Assembly: GCF_006345805.1 (NCBI RefSeq)
Contig: NC_042999.1
Coordinates: forward strand, 151,900,001 to 151,964,000
Reading direction: 5' to 3'
Origin: Octopus sinensis
Taxonomy: Eukaryota
Length of the DNA: 64,000 nt
Below the pieces are notes generated by a model, which ran no database searches, was not told the DNA's origin, and saw nothing but the letters and a program-made list of their open reading frames with translations. Below, piece by piece: positions 63,825 through 64,000 of this stretch (positions are counted from its first letter, which is position 1; every line of letters begins with the position of its first letter). Position numbers and translations under genes: made by a program.

Positions 63825-64000
63825 GGAGGCGCATGGCTCAGTGGTTAGGGTATTAGACTCATGATTTTAGGATTGTGGTTTTGATTCCTGGACTGGGCGA
63901 TGCATTATGTTCTTGTGCAAAATACTTCATTTCACATTACTGCAGTCCACTCGCCAGGCAAAAATGAGTAATCTTGCAATGGAATGGCATTCCTTCCTGG
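63825..64000 (+). mobile_element. tRNA-derived SINE head (family A-type), truncated by the window end
   Basis: GGAGGCGCATGGCTCAGTGGTTAGGG...GGTTTTGATTCC. Confidence 0.82.

Overview
AT-rich eukaryotic (animal) DNA with no recognisable complete host gene. It looks like intronic or intergenic sequence. The repeat families resemble those I associate with octopus (coleoid cephalopod) genomes; this is inference from recall, not a database hit. Contents: a young RTE-clade LINE 3' end at 1-1938 and many truncated copies of its (GAT)n tail, three tRNA-derived SINE families (called A, B, C here), mariner and DD41D Tc1/mariner relics, three TTAA-flanked piggyBac-like MITEs, Penelope-like fragments and very many microsatellites. 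Nearly all ORFs in the supplied track are microsatellite or repeat artefacts. A few small + strand exon candidates exist; the best is 16799-16854. The most striking observation is a 165-bp palindromic element carrying hammerhead-ribozyme motifs in both polarities. It has one apparently intact type I hammerhead at 2829-2870 and a second, decayed copy at 47092-47254. A different minimal hammerhead motif lies at 63021-63060. Most repeat boundaries are approximate, read by eye.
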